Assembly: GCF_900142435.1 (NCBI RefSeq)
Contig: NZ_LT670846.1
Location: forward strand, 438,750 to 462,749
Direction: 5' to 3'
Origin: Thermocrinis minervae
GTDB lineage: Bacteria > Aquificota > Aquificia > Aquificales > Aquificaceae
DNA: 24,000 bases
The translations under genes and the position numbers were made by a program. Below the pieces are notes generated by a model. The model saw only the letters and a list, made by a program, of their open reading frames with translations. It did no database searches and was not told the DNA's origin. Of this stretch, positions 1 to 7,437 are shown one piece after another (within the stretch, counting starts at the first letter, position 1; the number at the start of each line of letters is the position of its first letter).

Positions 1-531
1 AGGGACCTGGACATACTGCTCATAAAGAGGAGTGACCTTAAAGATAGGCTTTTGCCCTTTGGAAGGCTCAGAGAACCCCTTGATTCCATAAGAAGAGCCT
101 CTGCCATAGTCCTATCTTACCAAGATCTCTATCCGTTGGAGTTAAATACAGACAAACCAACCTTTAGGATGTTCAGGAAGGATTGGAAGGTTTTGGATGC
201 GAGGCTTGAACCTGTGGAGGACTACAGGGACCTTGAGTTTACCGCTTTCTGCGGTCTTGGAGACAACAGTCAGTTCTTTGAAACCCTTGACAGGCTTGGT
301 ATAAAGGTTGTGGAAAGGCTGTCCTTTCCAGACCATTACGACTACTCTGGTTTTAAAAAGGATCCTAACAAGCTTTACATAACCACGCTAAAGGATTTTG
401 TAAAGTTTGATGATAGGGATGGGCTTTACGTGCTAGACTTTAGCCTGGAGGTGCCAGGTTTTTTAGAATACGTAAAAACATGCTATAATATATCCGTCAA
501 TTCCTTCAAGGAGGTAGAAAATGGATCTTGA
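1..531 (+). CDS. lpxK: tetraacyldisaccharide 4'-kinase (LpxK), C-terminal part; 5' end lies outside the window
   Basis: Frame 1 is open from base 1 ([29 protein letters not shown]...). The LPxGxLRE and FPDHYDYS motifs are typical of LpxK C-terminal halves. Stop at 529-531. Confidence 0.7.
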   Translation, partial: RDLDILLIKRSDLKDRLLPFGRLREPLDSIRRASAIVLSYQDLYPLELNTDKPTFRMFRKDWKVLDARLEPVEDYRDLEFTAFCGLGDNSQFFETLDRLGIKVVERLSFPDHYDYSGFKKDPNKLYITTLKDFVKFDDRDGLYVLDFSLEVPGFLEYVKTCYNISVNSFKEVENGS

Positions 532-757
532 ACAGAAAGTAAAGAGTATAATAGCAGACCAACTCGGGGTAGAGGTGGAAAAACTGGTTCCAGAGGCCAA
601 GTTCGTAGAAGACCTGGGAGCCGACTCCTTGGACGTGGTTGAACTCATAATGGCCTTTGAGGAAGAGTTTGGTATAGAGATTCCAGATGAGGATGCCGAG
701 AAGATAAGGACGGTAGGGGACGTTATAGAGTACCTAAAGCAGAAGGTTCAAGGCTGA
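521..757 (+). CDS. acpP: acyl carrier protein
   Basis: 78 aa with the phosphopantetheine attachment motif [21 protein letters not shown]. Strong SD (AAGGAGGT) lies 6-7 nt upstream, inside the lpxK 3' end. Confidence 0.95.
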   Translation: MDLEQKVKSIIADQLGVEVEKLVPEAKFVEDLGADSLDVVELIMAFEEEFGIEIPDEDAEKIRTVGDVIEYLKQKVQG

Positions 758-1999
758 TTGATGAGAAGGGTTGTAGTCACGGGGCTTGGTGTAGTAAGCC
801 CCATAGGTACAGGTGTTGATAAGTTTTGGAACAACCTCATAAACGGAGTGAGCGGTGTTGACAGGATAAGGCGCTTTGATCCAGAGGAGATAGGTCTCAC
901 CGTTCACATAGCTGCAGAGGTGAAGGATTTTAACCCTGAGGATTACTTTGACAAGAAGGAAGCTCAGAAGGTATCCGATTTTATAAAGTTTGCCGTTGCA
1001 GCCTCCGAAGAAGCCATAAAGGATGCAGGCCTGCTGGATAGTTCCATAAACCCTTACCGCGTAGGCGTCATAATAGGTACAGGCATAGGTGGACTAAGGG
1101 ACATAGAAGAGCAGCAGAAGATCTTGTTGGAAAAAGGTCCTAGGAGAGTATCTCCTTTCTTCATACCCTACGGTATATCCAACATGGCCGCGGGTTTAGT
1201 AGCCATAAGGTACGGCTTTAAGGGACCTAATTACTGCGTAGTTTCAGCCTGTGCAACGGGTAACCACTCCATAGGTGATGCCTTTAGGTTAATACAGAAG
1301 GGTGACATAGACGTGGCCATAGTAGGTGGTTGTGAAAGCGCCATAACGCCTCTTGGAGTTGCAGGTTTTGCATCCATGAGAGCCCTTTCTACTAGGAATC
1401 ACGAACCTCAGAAGGCTTCGAGACCTTTTGATAGAGACAGAGACGGTTTTGTGATGGGAGAGGGTGCGGGTATCTTGGTACTTGAAGAGTACGAACACGC
1501 CAAAGCAAGGGGTGCAAAGATATACGCAGAACTTGTAGGCTATGGAGCTACTGACGACGCCTACCATATAACAGCGCCTTGTGCGGATGGAGAAGGTGCC
1601 TATATGTGTATGAAATTAGCTTTGGAGGACGCAGGTATACCCCCACACGAGGTAGACTACATAAACGCCCACGGTACTTCAACACCTCTTAACGACAAGT
1701 CAGAAACTCTTGCCATAAAAAGGCTCTTTGGAGATCATGCCTACAAGCTTAAAATAAGCTCCAACAAGTCCATGATAGGCCACCTTTTGGGTGCTGCGGG
1801 TGCTGTGGAAGCCGTAGCAACGGTAAAAACCATACAGACGGGTATAATCCCACCCACTATAAACCTGGAGAATCCAGATCCAGAGTGTGATCTAGACTAC
1901 ACTCCCAACGTAGCTCAGAAAAAGGAAGTTGTAGTGGCTATATCCAATTCCTTTGGCTTTGGTGGAACCAATGCATGCCTCGTCTTTAGAAAAATATGA
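758..1999 (+). CDS. fabF: 3-oxoacyl-ACP synthase II (KAS II)
   Basis: 413 aa. Active-site Cys context [15 protein letters not shown], His motifs [11 protein letters not shown] and [13 protein letters not shown]-terminal [15 protein letters not shown]. Start is TTG at 758 or, more likely, ATG at 761. Confidence 0.95.
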   Translation: MMRRVVVTGLGVVSPIGTGVDKFWNNLINGVSGVDRIRRFDPEEIGLTVHIAAEVKDFNPEDYFDKKEAQKVSDFIKFAVAASEEAIKDAGLLDSSINPYRVGVIIGTGIGGLRDIEEQQKILLEKGPRRVSPFFIPYGISNMAAGLVAIRYGFKGPNYCVVSACATGNHSIGDAFRLIQKGDIDVAIVGGCESAITPLGVAGFASMRALSTRNHEPQKASRPFDRDRDGFVMGEGAGILVLEEYEHAKARGAKIYAELVGYGATDDAYHITAPCADGEGAYMCMKLALEDAGIPPHEVDYINAHGTSTPLNDKSETLAIKRLFGDHAYKLKISSNKSMIGHLLGAAGAVEAVATVKTIQTGIIPPTINLENPDPECDLDYTPNVAQKKEVVVAISNSFGFGGTNACLVFRKI

Positions 2000-2663
2000 A
2001 TACATAGAGAAGGTTCTAGGTTACACCTTCAAGGATAAATCCATCCTGCAGAAAGCTCTTACACATAAGTCTTACTCCGAAGAAGGTATGGAAAACTACG
2101 AAACTCTGGAGTTCCTGGGAGATAGCCTGGTCAATCTTTTCGTTGTTGATGTACTCTTTTCAGAGTTTCCTAAGGCTAGGGAAGGAGAACTCGCGCAGAT
2201 GAAGGCCTACTTTATAAGCGAGGACTTTTTAGGAGAGCTTGCTCACGAGCTTAGGCTGGATGAGTACGTTCTGGTGGGGGGAAAGAAGAAAGAGAAGAGT
2301 CTCTCCATAATAGCGGATACCTTTGAAGCCCTTTGGGCTGCTGTTTACTTAGACAGTGGTAAGGACTTGAACTTTGTACGCCAGATCTTTGAAAGACTGT
2401 ACAAGGATAGGATAGTAAGGCTGGCTAAGGAGAACAAACACAGAAGGGATTACAAGACGATGCTACAGGAATACACCCAGAAGAAATGGAAGGAGAGGCC
2501 AACTTACAGACTCGTATCCGTAAGCGGAAACGACAACGAGAAGGTTTTTCACGTGGAGTGTACCTTTAGAGATTACAGAGCTATAGGCGTGGGTAGGAAT
2601 AAAAAGGAAGCTGAGCAAGACTCGGCAAGAAAGCTTCTAGAGATGCTTCAGATGAACATGTAA
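1971..2663 (+). CDS. rnc: ribonuclease III
   Basis: RNase III signature [23 protein letters not shown], and a C-terminal dsRBD ([24 protein letters not shown]...[16 protein letters not shown]). ATG at 1971; an in-frame TTG at 1953 is the alternative start. Overlaps the fabF 3' end. Confidence 0.92.
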   Translation: MHASSLEKYEYIEKVLGYTFKDKSILQKALTHKSYSEEGMENYETLEFLGDSLVNLFVVDVLFSEFPKAREGELAQMKAYFISEDFLGELAHELRLDEYVLVGGKKKEKSLSIIADTFEALWAAVYLDSGKDLNFVRQIFERLYKDRIVRLAKENKHRRDYKTMLQEYTQKKWKERPTYRLVSVSGNDNEKVFHVECTFRDYRAIGVGRNKKEAEQDSARKLLEMLQMNM

Positions 2664-3157
2664 CTTTCGTGCTTTACACCCTTACAGAAGTTTTTGGCAT
2701 GCTCTACCATATGTCTGTAAACTTTAAAGGGTGTTATAAGGGATCTTAGCCTTTCGTCTTCTTCACCCAAGTTTATGATCATATCAAGTGTGGATAGTAT
2801 GTCCTCTATTCTTCCGTTGGATGTACCTATTATATCAAGCCTGTGGAGTTCCCTCTCTAGTTCTTCGGGCAGGTTTGCAAGTATGGTGAGGTCAAAGTTA
2901 AAAAGCTCGTACATGTCGTACATGTACTCAAGGTTCTCATAGAGCCTTTTCAGAAGCTCCCCTTCTACTATGGATATTATCCGTAAGTACTTATCCCTTG
3001 CATCATCTTCCAGGAGGCTGTCTGCGAGGAACTTACCCTCCTCTATGTCTGCCTTTATCTCTGCTATCAGACCTTCCATGAGGTCTATACATAGCTTCGC
3101 CATCCTGTCGTGTAGAAGAACCATACCCAAAAGTTTTGTTTTGTCCCCTTTGTTCAT
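2648..3157 (-). CDS. hypothetical, predicted all-helical acidic protein (169 aa); no family recognised
   Basis: Long ORF with a good SD (GGAGG, 6 nt spacer) in front of the ATG at 3157. Last gene of the gph-Toprim-hypothetical minus-strand string. I could not recognise any motif. Confidence 0.6.
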   Translation of the reverse strand: MNKGDKTKLLGMVLLHDRMAKLCIDLMEGLIAEIKADIEEGKFLADSLLEDDARDKYLRIISIVEGELLKRLYENLEYMYDMYELFNFDLTILANLPEELERELHRLDIIGTSNGRIEDILSTLDMIINLGEEDERLRSLITPFKVYRHMVEHAKNFCKGVKHESYMFI

Positions 3158-3476
3158 ACAGGTCCTCCACGTATGTTAATCCTAACTCTCCAAGTCTTTC
3201 CCTGAATTCTTCTATTAAAATATATCCCTGGGAAGACAGAATGCTCCTTATTTTGCGGGTAAGCTCCTCCCCTTCTCTATCCAAATCCAGTAGGAGTATT
3301 ACTTCCCTGAAGGGTTCTAGAAGGTCAGGAAGGTCCGTAAGCCTTTTACCAGACAGTGTGTAGATATTCTTTACCCCGTAGTAGGAAAGAGCTTCTTTGT
3401 CCCTTTTGCCCTCTACCAAAACTGCCCTACTCTTTGAGGCTTCCCTCAAACTCTTGATGTACTCCTCGAATTCCAT
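3033..3476 (-). CDS. small stand-alone Toprim-domain protein (RNase M5 / small primase-like, COG1658 type)
   Basis: Toprim layout: conserved Glu in AVLVEGKRDKEAL and the acidic DxD cluster in ILLLDLDREGEEL. Start taken at MEFEEYIK (ATG 3476), because the upstream part of the 171-aa ORF overlaps gph. The C-terminal ~40 aa are Arg/Gly-rich and overlap the next gene. Confidence 0.7.
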   Translation of the reverse strand: MEFEEYIKSLREASKSRAVLVEGKRDKEALSYYGVKNIYTLSGKRLTDLPDLLEPFREVILLLDLDREGEELTRKIRSILSSQGYILIEEFRERLGELGLTYVEDLYEQRGQNKTFGYGSSTRQDGEAMYRPHGRSDSRDKGRHRGG

Positions 3477-4093
3477 AGCTCTATGATTTCTGTAGGAGTG
3501 TTTAATATAAAATCTGGCTCTTCTTGCATATCCTTTGTGTATCCCCAAAGGGCTAGAGCTGTATACACGCTTGCCCTCTTCCCTGAAAGTATATCGGCCT
3601 CTGTATCGCCTACTATCAAGGATTCCTTCGGTTTAACTGAAAACTTCTCCAAGGTTTTGATGATGGGCAGAGCTGAAGGCTTCTTCTCATGGTAGGTATC
3701 GCCGCCTACCACCAGGCTAAAGTAGTCAAGGAGCTTTAGAGTGTCCAGGATCTTGTAGCTTATCTCTTCCATCTTGTTGGTCACTACAGTCATGATCACA
3801 CCTTTTGACCTTAAAAACTCTAAAGCTTCTGGTATTCCCTCGTATGGTCTTGTATAAACAACAGGATGCTGTCTGTAATAGCCTCTGAAGACCTCTAAGG
3901 CTTTGTCCACATCTTCAGGTGGAAAGAACTTTTCCAACAGGGCTCTTGCTCCAGAGCCTATGTACCTTCTGACTGTCTGGCTTTCTACCTGTGGTTTTCC
4001 AAAGTCCCTAAGGGTCATGTTAAGGCAGAGGGTTATGTCCTGACACGAGTCTATGAGGGTTCCGTCAAGATCAAAGATGACGAGTTTAAACAT
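3446..4093 (-). CDS. gph: HAD-superfamily hydrolase, phosphoglycolate phosphatase-like
   Basis: HAD motif I at the N-terminus (MFKLVIFDLDGTLIDS), motif II VVTNK, motif IV IVGDTEADILSG. 215 aa. Confidence 0.85.
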   Translation of the reverse strand: MFKLVIFDLDGTLIDSCQDITLCLNMTLRDFGKPQVESQTVRRYIGSGARALLEKFFPPEDVDKALEVFRGYYRQHPVVYTRPYEGIPEALEFLRSKGVIMTVVTNKMEEISYKILDTLKLLDYFSLVVGGDTYHEKKPSALPIIKTLEKFSVKPKESLIVGDTEADILSGKRASVYTALALWGYTKDMQEEPDFILNTPTEIIELWNSRSTSRV

Positions 4094-4111
4094 ATATTTG
4101 ATTATAGGCTC
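4094..4111. promoter_or_regulatory. 18-bp divergent control region with back-to-back -10-like hexamers and no SD on either side
   Basis: Minus strand reads GAGCC-TATAAT-CAAATAT-ATG (gph). Plus strand reads TATATTTGATTATAGGCTC-ATG (MFS gene). No GGAGG-like element precedes either start codon. Confidence 0.3.
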
Positions 4112-5455
4112 ATGGAAAAGATAAAGACGGATTTACCATACAGGCTGGAATCTTTAGGCTGGACGCCCTTCCATACAAAGCTCGTGCTCGTGTTGGGTAT
4201 AACGTGGGTCTTTGATGCTTTTGAAGTGGTGATGGCTGGAGCTGTGGCAAAGCCCATGGCTAAAACCTTAGGCTTTGTCGATGTGCAGACCTCCTTTTTT
4301 ATAACCTCCTTTTTAGTGGGTGCTTTGGTAGGTTCTCTCCTCTTTGGCTACTTTGCAGATAGATACGGAAGGAAAAAGCTATTCCTCCTTACCCTTTTCT
4401 TGTACGCTTTGTCTACCTTCCTTACTGGCTTTGCCTGGGATTTTTACAGCGCCGTCCTTTTTAGGATCCTTGCGGGTGCTGGGCTTGGGGGAGAGTTTGC
4501 CGCCATACAGTCAGTCATAGACGAGTTCATGCCGGCAAAGCATAGGGGAAAGGTGGACGGTATAATAGCCGCTCTATGGAACTTTGGTGGGTTGTCCGCT
4601 TCCTTGACTGCTTACTTGCTCATAGACCTCTTGGGTGAGGGTATTGCCTGGCGCTTTGGTTTTTGGGTAGCAGCCCTGTTTGCTATCGTTATAGTTTACG
4701 CCAGGAGAAACCTACCAGACTCTCCGAGATGGCTCCTTTCCAGGGGAAGGACGGAAGAGGCAGAAAGGATCGTGGAAAGCCTGGAAAAGAAGTACTGTAG
4801 GACCTCTGAGGATGCCAAAGCCTGCGAGGTTCCTGTCTTTGAAGGTGGTATGTTTAAGGCCACGAGAGAGATTTTAACTAAATACCGATGGAGGTTTCTC
4901 TTTAGCGCATCTATCAGCTTTACCATCCTTACTACCTACTACAGCTTTATAAGCCTTATACCTACGGGGTTTGCCAAGAGGTTTGACCTGGACCCTCATA
5001 GCATAACTTTGGTCTACACGGCCATAAACGTAGCAGGGCTTGTGGGTGGGCTCTTTGTAGCCTTGCTGGTGGACTCTGTGGGCAGGAAGAGGCTTGGTCT
5101 TTTTATCTCCTTTTTCTCTCTGCTGCTTTCTCTTTTCTTCCTTTCAGGTGCTGGTTTTGTTTGGGTGCTTTCCCTCTACTCGCTCGTGGCCTTCTCCTTT
5201 CCCTCTGTGGCTTACGTGGTGGCCACAGAAATATACCCTTCTTACATAAGGGCGTACGTCATAGGCCTGTTGTCTGTGGTGGGTAGGGTCGGTGGGGCCT
5301 TTGTGCCGCCTGTGGTTACGTACTTGGCCACTAAGGATTACATTTATGGCATCCTAGCTTTCAGTGCTCTGTGGTTTGTGGGTTTCTTGGCTTTTCTCCT
5401 CTGGAACATGTTCGGGAAGGAGACCAAGGGCAAGCCCTTGGAAGAGATAGCATAA
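4112..5455 (+). CDS. MFS transporter (metabolite/sugar:H+ symporter-like), about 12 TM
   Basis: 447 aa. MFS loop 2-3 signature GYFADRYGRKKLFLLTL, second-half equivalent VDSVGRKRLG, and a central hydrophilic loop. Confidence 0.9.
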   Translation: MEKIKTDLPYRLESLGWTPFHTKLVLVLGITWVFDAFEVVMAGAVAKPMAKTLGFVDVQTSFFITSFLVGALVGSLLFGYFADRYGRKKLFLLTLFLYALSTFLTGFAWDFYSAVLFRILAGAGLGGEFAAIQSVIDEFMPAKHRGKVDGIIAALWNFGGLSASLTAYLLIDLLGEGIAWRFGFWVAALFAIVIVYARRNLPDSPRWLLSRGRTEEAERIVESLEKKYCRTSEDAKACEVPVFEGGMFKATREILTKYRWRFLFSASISFTILTTYYSFISLIPTGFAKRFDLDPHSITLVYTAINVAGLVGGLFVALLVDSVGRKRLGLFISFFSLLLSLFFLSGAGFVWVLSLYSLVAFSFPSVAYVVATEIYPSYIRAYVIGLLSVVGRVGGAFVPPVVTYLATKDYIYGILAFSALWFVGFLAFLLWNMFGKETKGKPLEEIA

Positions 5456-5467
5456 AATACCTTAATC

Positions 5468-6115
5468 ATGGTAAAGGTAACCATACTAGAACTGAAGGAG
5501 GAGGCTGGCAGTATAGTTGAAAAACTTTCCGAGCTTGGTGTGAGCGTGAAGGATCTTTTCAGGAGCTTAAACTCCAAAGGAAGCTTTACCTTTTACCTGG
5601 ATAAGAAAGACTACCAGGATCTCCTTCCGTTGCTCGAGAAAGAATGCGTATTCCAAGCTTCCATAGAGGACACTAAAGAGGTAAGCCCTTGGGGTTTCTT
5701 CTCCACTGCCATGTTGGATACCTTCCTCGTCTTTCATACATCCCAGTGGCTAGTAGAGGGCTTAAAAGTGAAGGACTTCCTAAACCTTTACATTTCAAAC
5801 CCTACCCTGCTCTGGTCTATTGAATCCATCCTTAAGCTTGCCTTTGCTTATGCCTTCTACAGGGGTTTTGTGGAAAACCTGCTTACCACTCCCTTTGGAT
5901 ACCTTTTTAAACTCAAGCTAAGACAAGACTCACAGGTTGGCCTTTTCACCACAATTTACCTTCTGCCCTTTGCCTCCCTGCTGTTAATCTCCTCTCCCTT
6001 CACACTCTATCTTAAACTCCTTGGACTTTTCCTCTTTGGCTTCTTCGTGGCAAGCCTCTTTCAGAACTTTTTCAAAGAGAGGTATGGCTTGTTACTTACT
6101 GCAGGAAACACCTGA
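5468..6115 (+). CDS. hypothetical membrane protein (soluble ~75-aa N-domain plus hydrophobic C-terminal half)
   Basis: 215-aa ORF 12 nt after the MFS gene on the same strand. The C-terminal half has several hydrophobic segments ([35 protein letters not shown]). No family recognised. Confidence 0.55.
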   Translation: MVKVTILELKEEAGSIVEKLSELGVSVKDLFRSLNSKGSFTFYLDKKDYQDLLPLLEKECVFQASIEDTKEVSPWGFFSTAMLDTFLVFHTSQWLVEGLKVKDFLNLYISNPTLLWSIESILKLAFAYAFYRGFVENLLTTPFGYLFKLKLRQDSQVGLFTTIYLLPFASLLLISSPFTLYLKLLGLFLFGFFVASLFQNFFKERYGLLLTAGNT

Positions 6116-6503
6116 AGGGTCTTGTATCAACGGTACAGACCACCAGCACGTCCGATCCACCCAGCCTCCCCTCTATCCTACCCTGAGAGAGTACACCTCG
6201 AGCTGTGCAGACTGGAATCTGCACGACTGTAAGCTGAAGGTTTCCCGCTTGGGTGTTCACGTTTCTACAGTTGGGAAACCTTGGATCTGTGAGAGGGTCC
6301 GTATAGGCTTCATCAGCTGGCTCTGAAGAGCAATGGGAAACTATGTCCATCATACAGCCCCTTAGGATGGGAAGCACGTATGAGGTGGCGTTGGCCCTCC
6401 TTGCGTAGTTAAGGTAAGCAGGTATGGCAAGGGATACAAGGATGGCTATGATGGATATAACTACCAAAAGCTCTACAAGGGTAAAGCCCTTTTTCATGTT
6501 CAA
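6096..6503 (-). CDS. type IV pilin-like protein (prepilin N-terminal cleavage/methylation domain), short leader; probably the minor or secondary pilin
   Basis: MNMKKG|[27 protein letters not shown] has Gly-1, Phe+1 and Glu+5. Six Cys in the globular part, alignable with the upstream pilin ([11 protein letters not shown] / [14 protein letters not shown]). Confidence 0.85.
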   Translation of the reverse strand: MNMKKGFTLVELLVVISIIAILVSLAIPAYLNYARRANATSYVLPILRGCMMDIVSHCSSEPADEAYTDPLTDPRFPNCRNVNTQAGNLQLTVVQIPVCTARGVLSQGRIEGRLGGSDVLVVCTVDTRPFRCFLQ

Positions 6504-6505
6504 AG

Positions 6506-6525
6506 GCGGGCCCTACAGGGCCCGC
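6506..6525 (-). terminator. perfect 8-bp GC stem / 4-nt loop hairpin between the two pilin genes (attenuator, partial terminator or mRNA stabiliser)
   Basis: GCGGGCCC-TACA-GGGCCCGC. On the minus strand it sits 11 nt after the upstream pilin stop and is followed by CTTTGAAC, then the downstream pilin ATG. The U-tract is weak. Confidence 0.45.
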
Positions 6526-6536
6526 AAGCGTGTGTA

Positions 6537-7079
6537 TTACTGTCCAGATATTACGCTACACCTTACAGAACCGCCTTGACCACCTTGACCGCCTTGACCA
6601 CCTTGACCGCCTACAAAAGCACATGCAACAGCAAAGTCTTGTACATTTGCTAGTGTGGCCGTTACTGTGTTATCAGCTGTTGCATCAGCAAGTCTTTGTG
6701 GGAAGTTTGCAGCCTGCAGTGCTGGTGGTGTTCCATCTTGCCCGCAGGCACCGTTGGCAAGCTGGCCGTTAGGTTGAAGGTTCACCTGACCACCTGCAGT
6801 TTGTACTGCTGCAGTACGACAGTTTGCTAGGTTAGCAGGTTGTATGGGCTGGCCTGGGTTTTCCTGGCAGAAGGCTACTATGTCCAACATACAACCCCTT
6901 GCTATGGGTTCTGCGTAGGAGGATACCCTTGCTTTCCTTTGGTATGCCAGGTACTGGGGTATGGCCAAGGATGCCAGTATGGCTATGATGGCTATGACTA
7001 CGAGCAGCTCAATGAGTGTGAAACCCTTTGAGCTGTTTAGCCTTGCGGCTCTGCTTGTAGCTTCGTAAAGGTTCCTCAT
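6537..7079 (-). CDS. type IV pilin (prepilin-type N-terminal domain), long 19-aa leader, likely the major pilin
   Basis: MRNLYEATSRAARLNSSKG|FTLIELLVVIAIIAILASLAIPQYLAY. Strong SD (GGGAGG, 7 nt spacer). Six Cys, and a C-terminal Cys-Cys loop containing (GGQ)4. Confidence 0.85.
   Translation of the reverse strand: MRNLYEATSRAARLNSSKGFTLIELLVVIAIIAILASLAIPQYLAYQRKARVSSYAEPIARGCMLDIVAFCQENPGQPIQPANLANCRTAAVQTAGGQVNLQPNGQLANGACGQDGTPPALQAANFPQRLADATADNTVTATLANVQDFAVACAFVGGQGGQGGQGGQGGSVRCSVISGQ
6571..6612 (-). repeat. in-frame tandem repeat encoding GGQGGQGGQGGQGG (9-nt period, exact 18-nt unit GGCGGTCAAGGTGGTCAA repeated)
   Basis: Plus strand reads ccgccttgaccaccttgaccgccttgaccaccttgaccgcc. 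The repeat lies within the pilin C-terminal disulfide loop CAFV(GGQ)4GGSVRC. Confidence 0.9.
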
Positions 7080-7138
7080 GGTACTACCTCCCTTTAAGTT
7101 TTCCCTCCCTTAGGGCGCCCTTCAGGAGGTTAAGTTTT

Positions 7139-7167
7139 AATTTTCCACATTTTTGGTACACTGTCAA
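7139..7167 (-). promoter_or_regulatory. putative sigma70-type promoter of the major pilin gene
   Basis: Minus strand: TTGACA (7167-7162), 17-nt spacer ending in TGg, then AAAATT (7144-7139), about 60 nt upstream of the pilin ATG. Confidence 0.4.
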
Positions 7168-7198
7168 GGTGCTTCACAAAAGCTTCACAGACAAAAGA

Positions 7199-7207
7199 TG
7201 GTAAAAT
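7199..7207 (+). promoter_or_regulatory. putative extended -10 element for rpmB
   Basis: TGgTAAAAT lies 20 nt upstream of the rpmB ATG, followed by the SD GAAGGAGAG. Confidence 0.3.
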
Positions 7208-7227
7208 ATAGAAGAAGGAGAGAAGCC

Positions 7228-7434
7228 ATGGCCAAGTGTTATGTATGTGGTAAAAAAACGGTTTTTGGCAAGAGTGTTACCTTCTCGGCGGAGAGGAACA
7301 GCAGGACCTTTAAGCCAAACCTTCAGAGAGTGCGCATAAGGTTGGAGGATGGCTCTGTCAGAAGGGTTTACGTGTGCACCAAGTGTTTGAAAGCTGGTAA
7401 GGTGGTAAAGGTTGTCAGGACAGGTCAAGACTAG
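7228..7434 (+). CDS. rpmB: 50S ribosomal protein L28
   Basis: MAKCYVCGKKTVFGKSVTFSAERNSRTFKPNLQRVRIRLEDGSVRRVYVCTKCLKAGKV is a typical L28. The SD precedes the ATG at 7228, so the longer ORF from 7153 is an upstream extension. Confidence 0.92.
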   Translation: MAKCYVCGKKTVFGKSVTFSAERNSRTFKPNLQRVRIRLEDGSVRRVYVCTKCLKAGKVVKVVRTGQD

Positions 7435-7437
7435 CTT

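Noticed and set aside
3477-3548. 5' extension of the Toprim ORF (171-aa version)
   Set aside because: It overlaps the conserved C-terminus of gph and encodes a basic low-complexity peptide. The Toprim protein plausibly starts at MEFEEYIK (3476).
6571-6612. Short tandem repeats considered as a possible CRISPR or other non-coding array
   Set aside because: The period is only 9/18 nt, there are no spacers, and the repeat is in frame inside a CDS. There are no cas genes in the window.
6530-6772. Plus-strand 80-aa ORF with a striking LDHLDRLDHLDRL repeat
   Set aside because: It is the antisense reading of the GGQ-coding repeat inside a well-supported pilin gene. It has no SD and is a low-complexity product, so it is a shadow ORF.
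7153-7227. 5' extension of the L28 ORF (93-aa version)
   Set aside because: L28 homology starts at MAKCYVCGK. The ATG at 7228 has its own SD, and the extension would run through the predicted promoter region.
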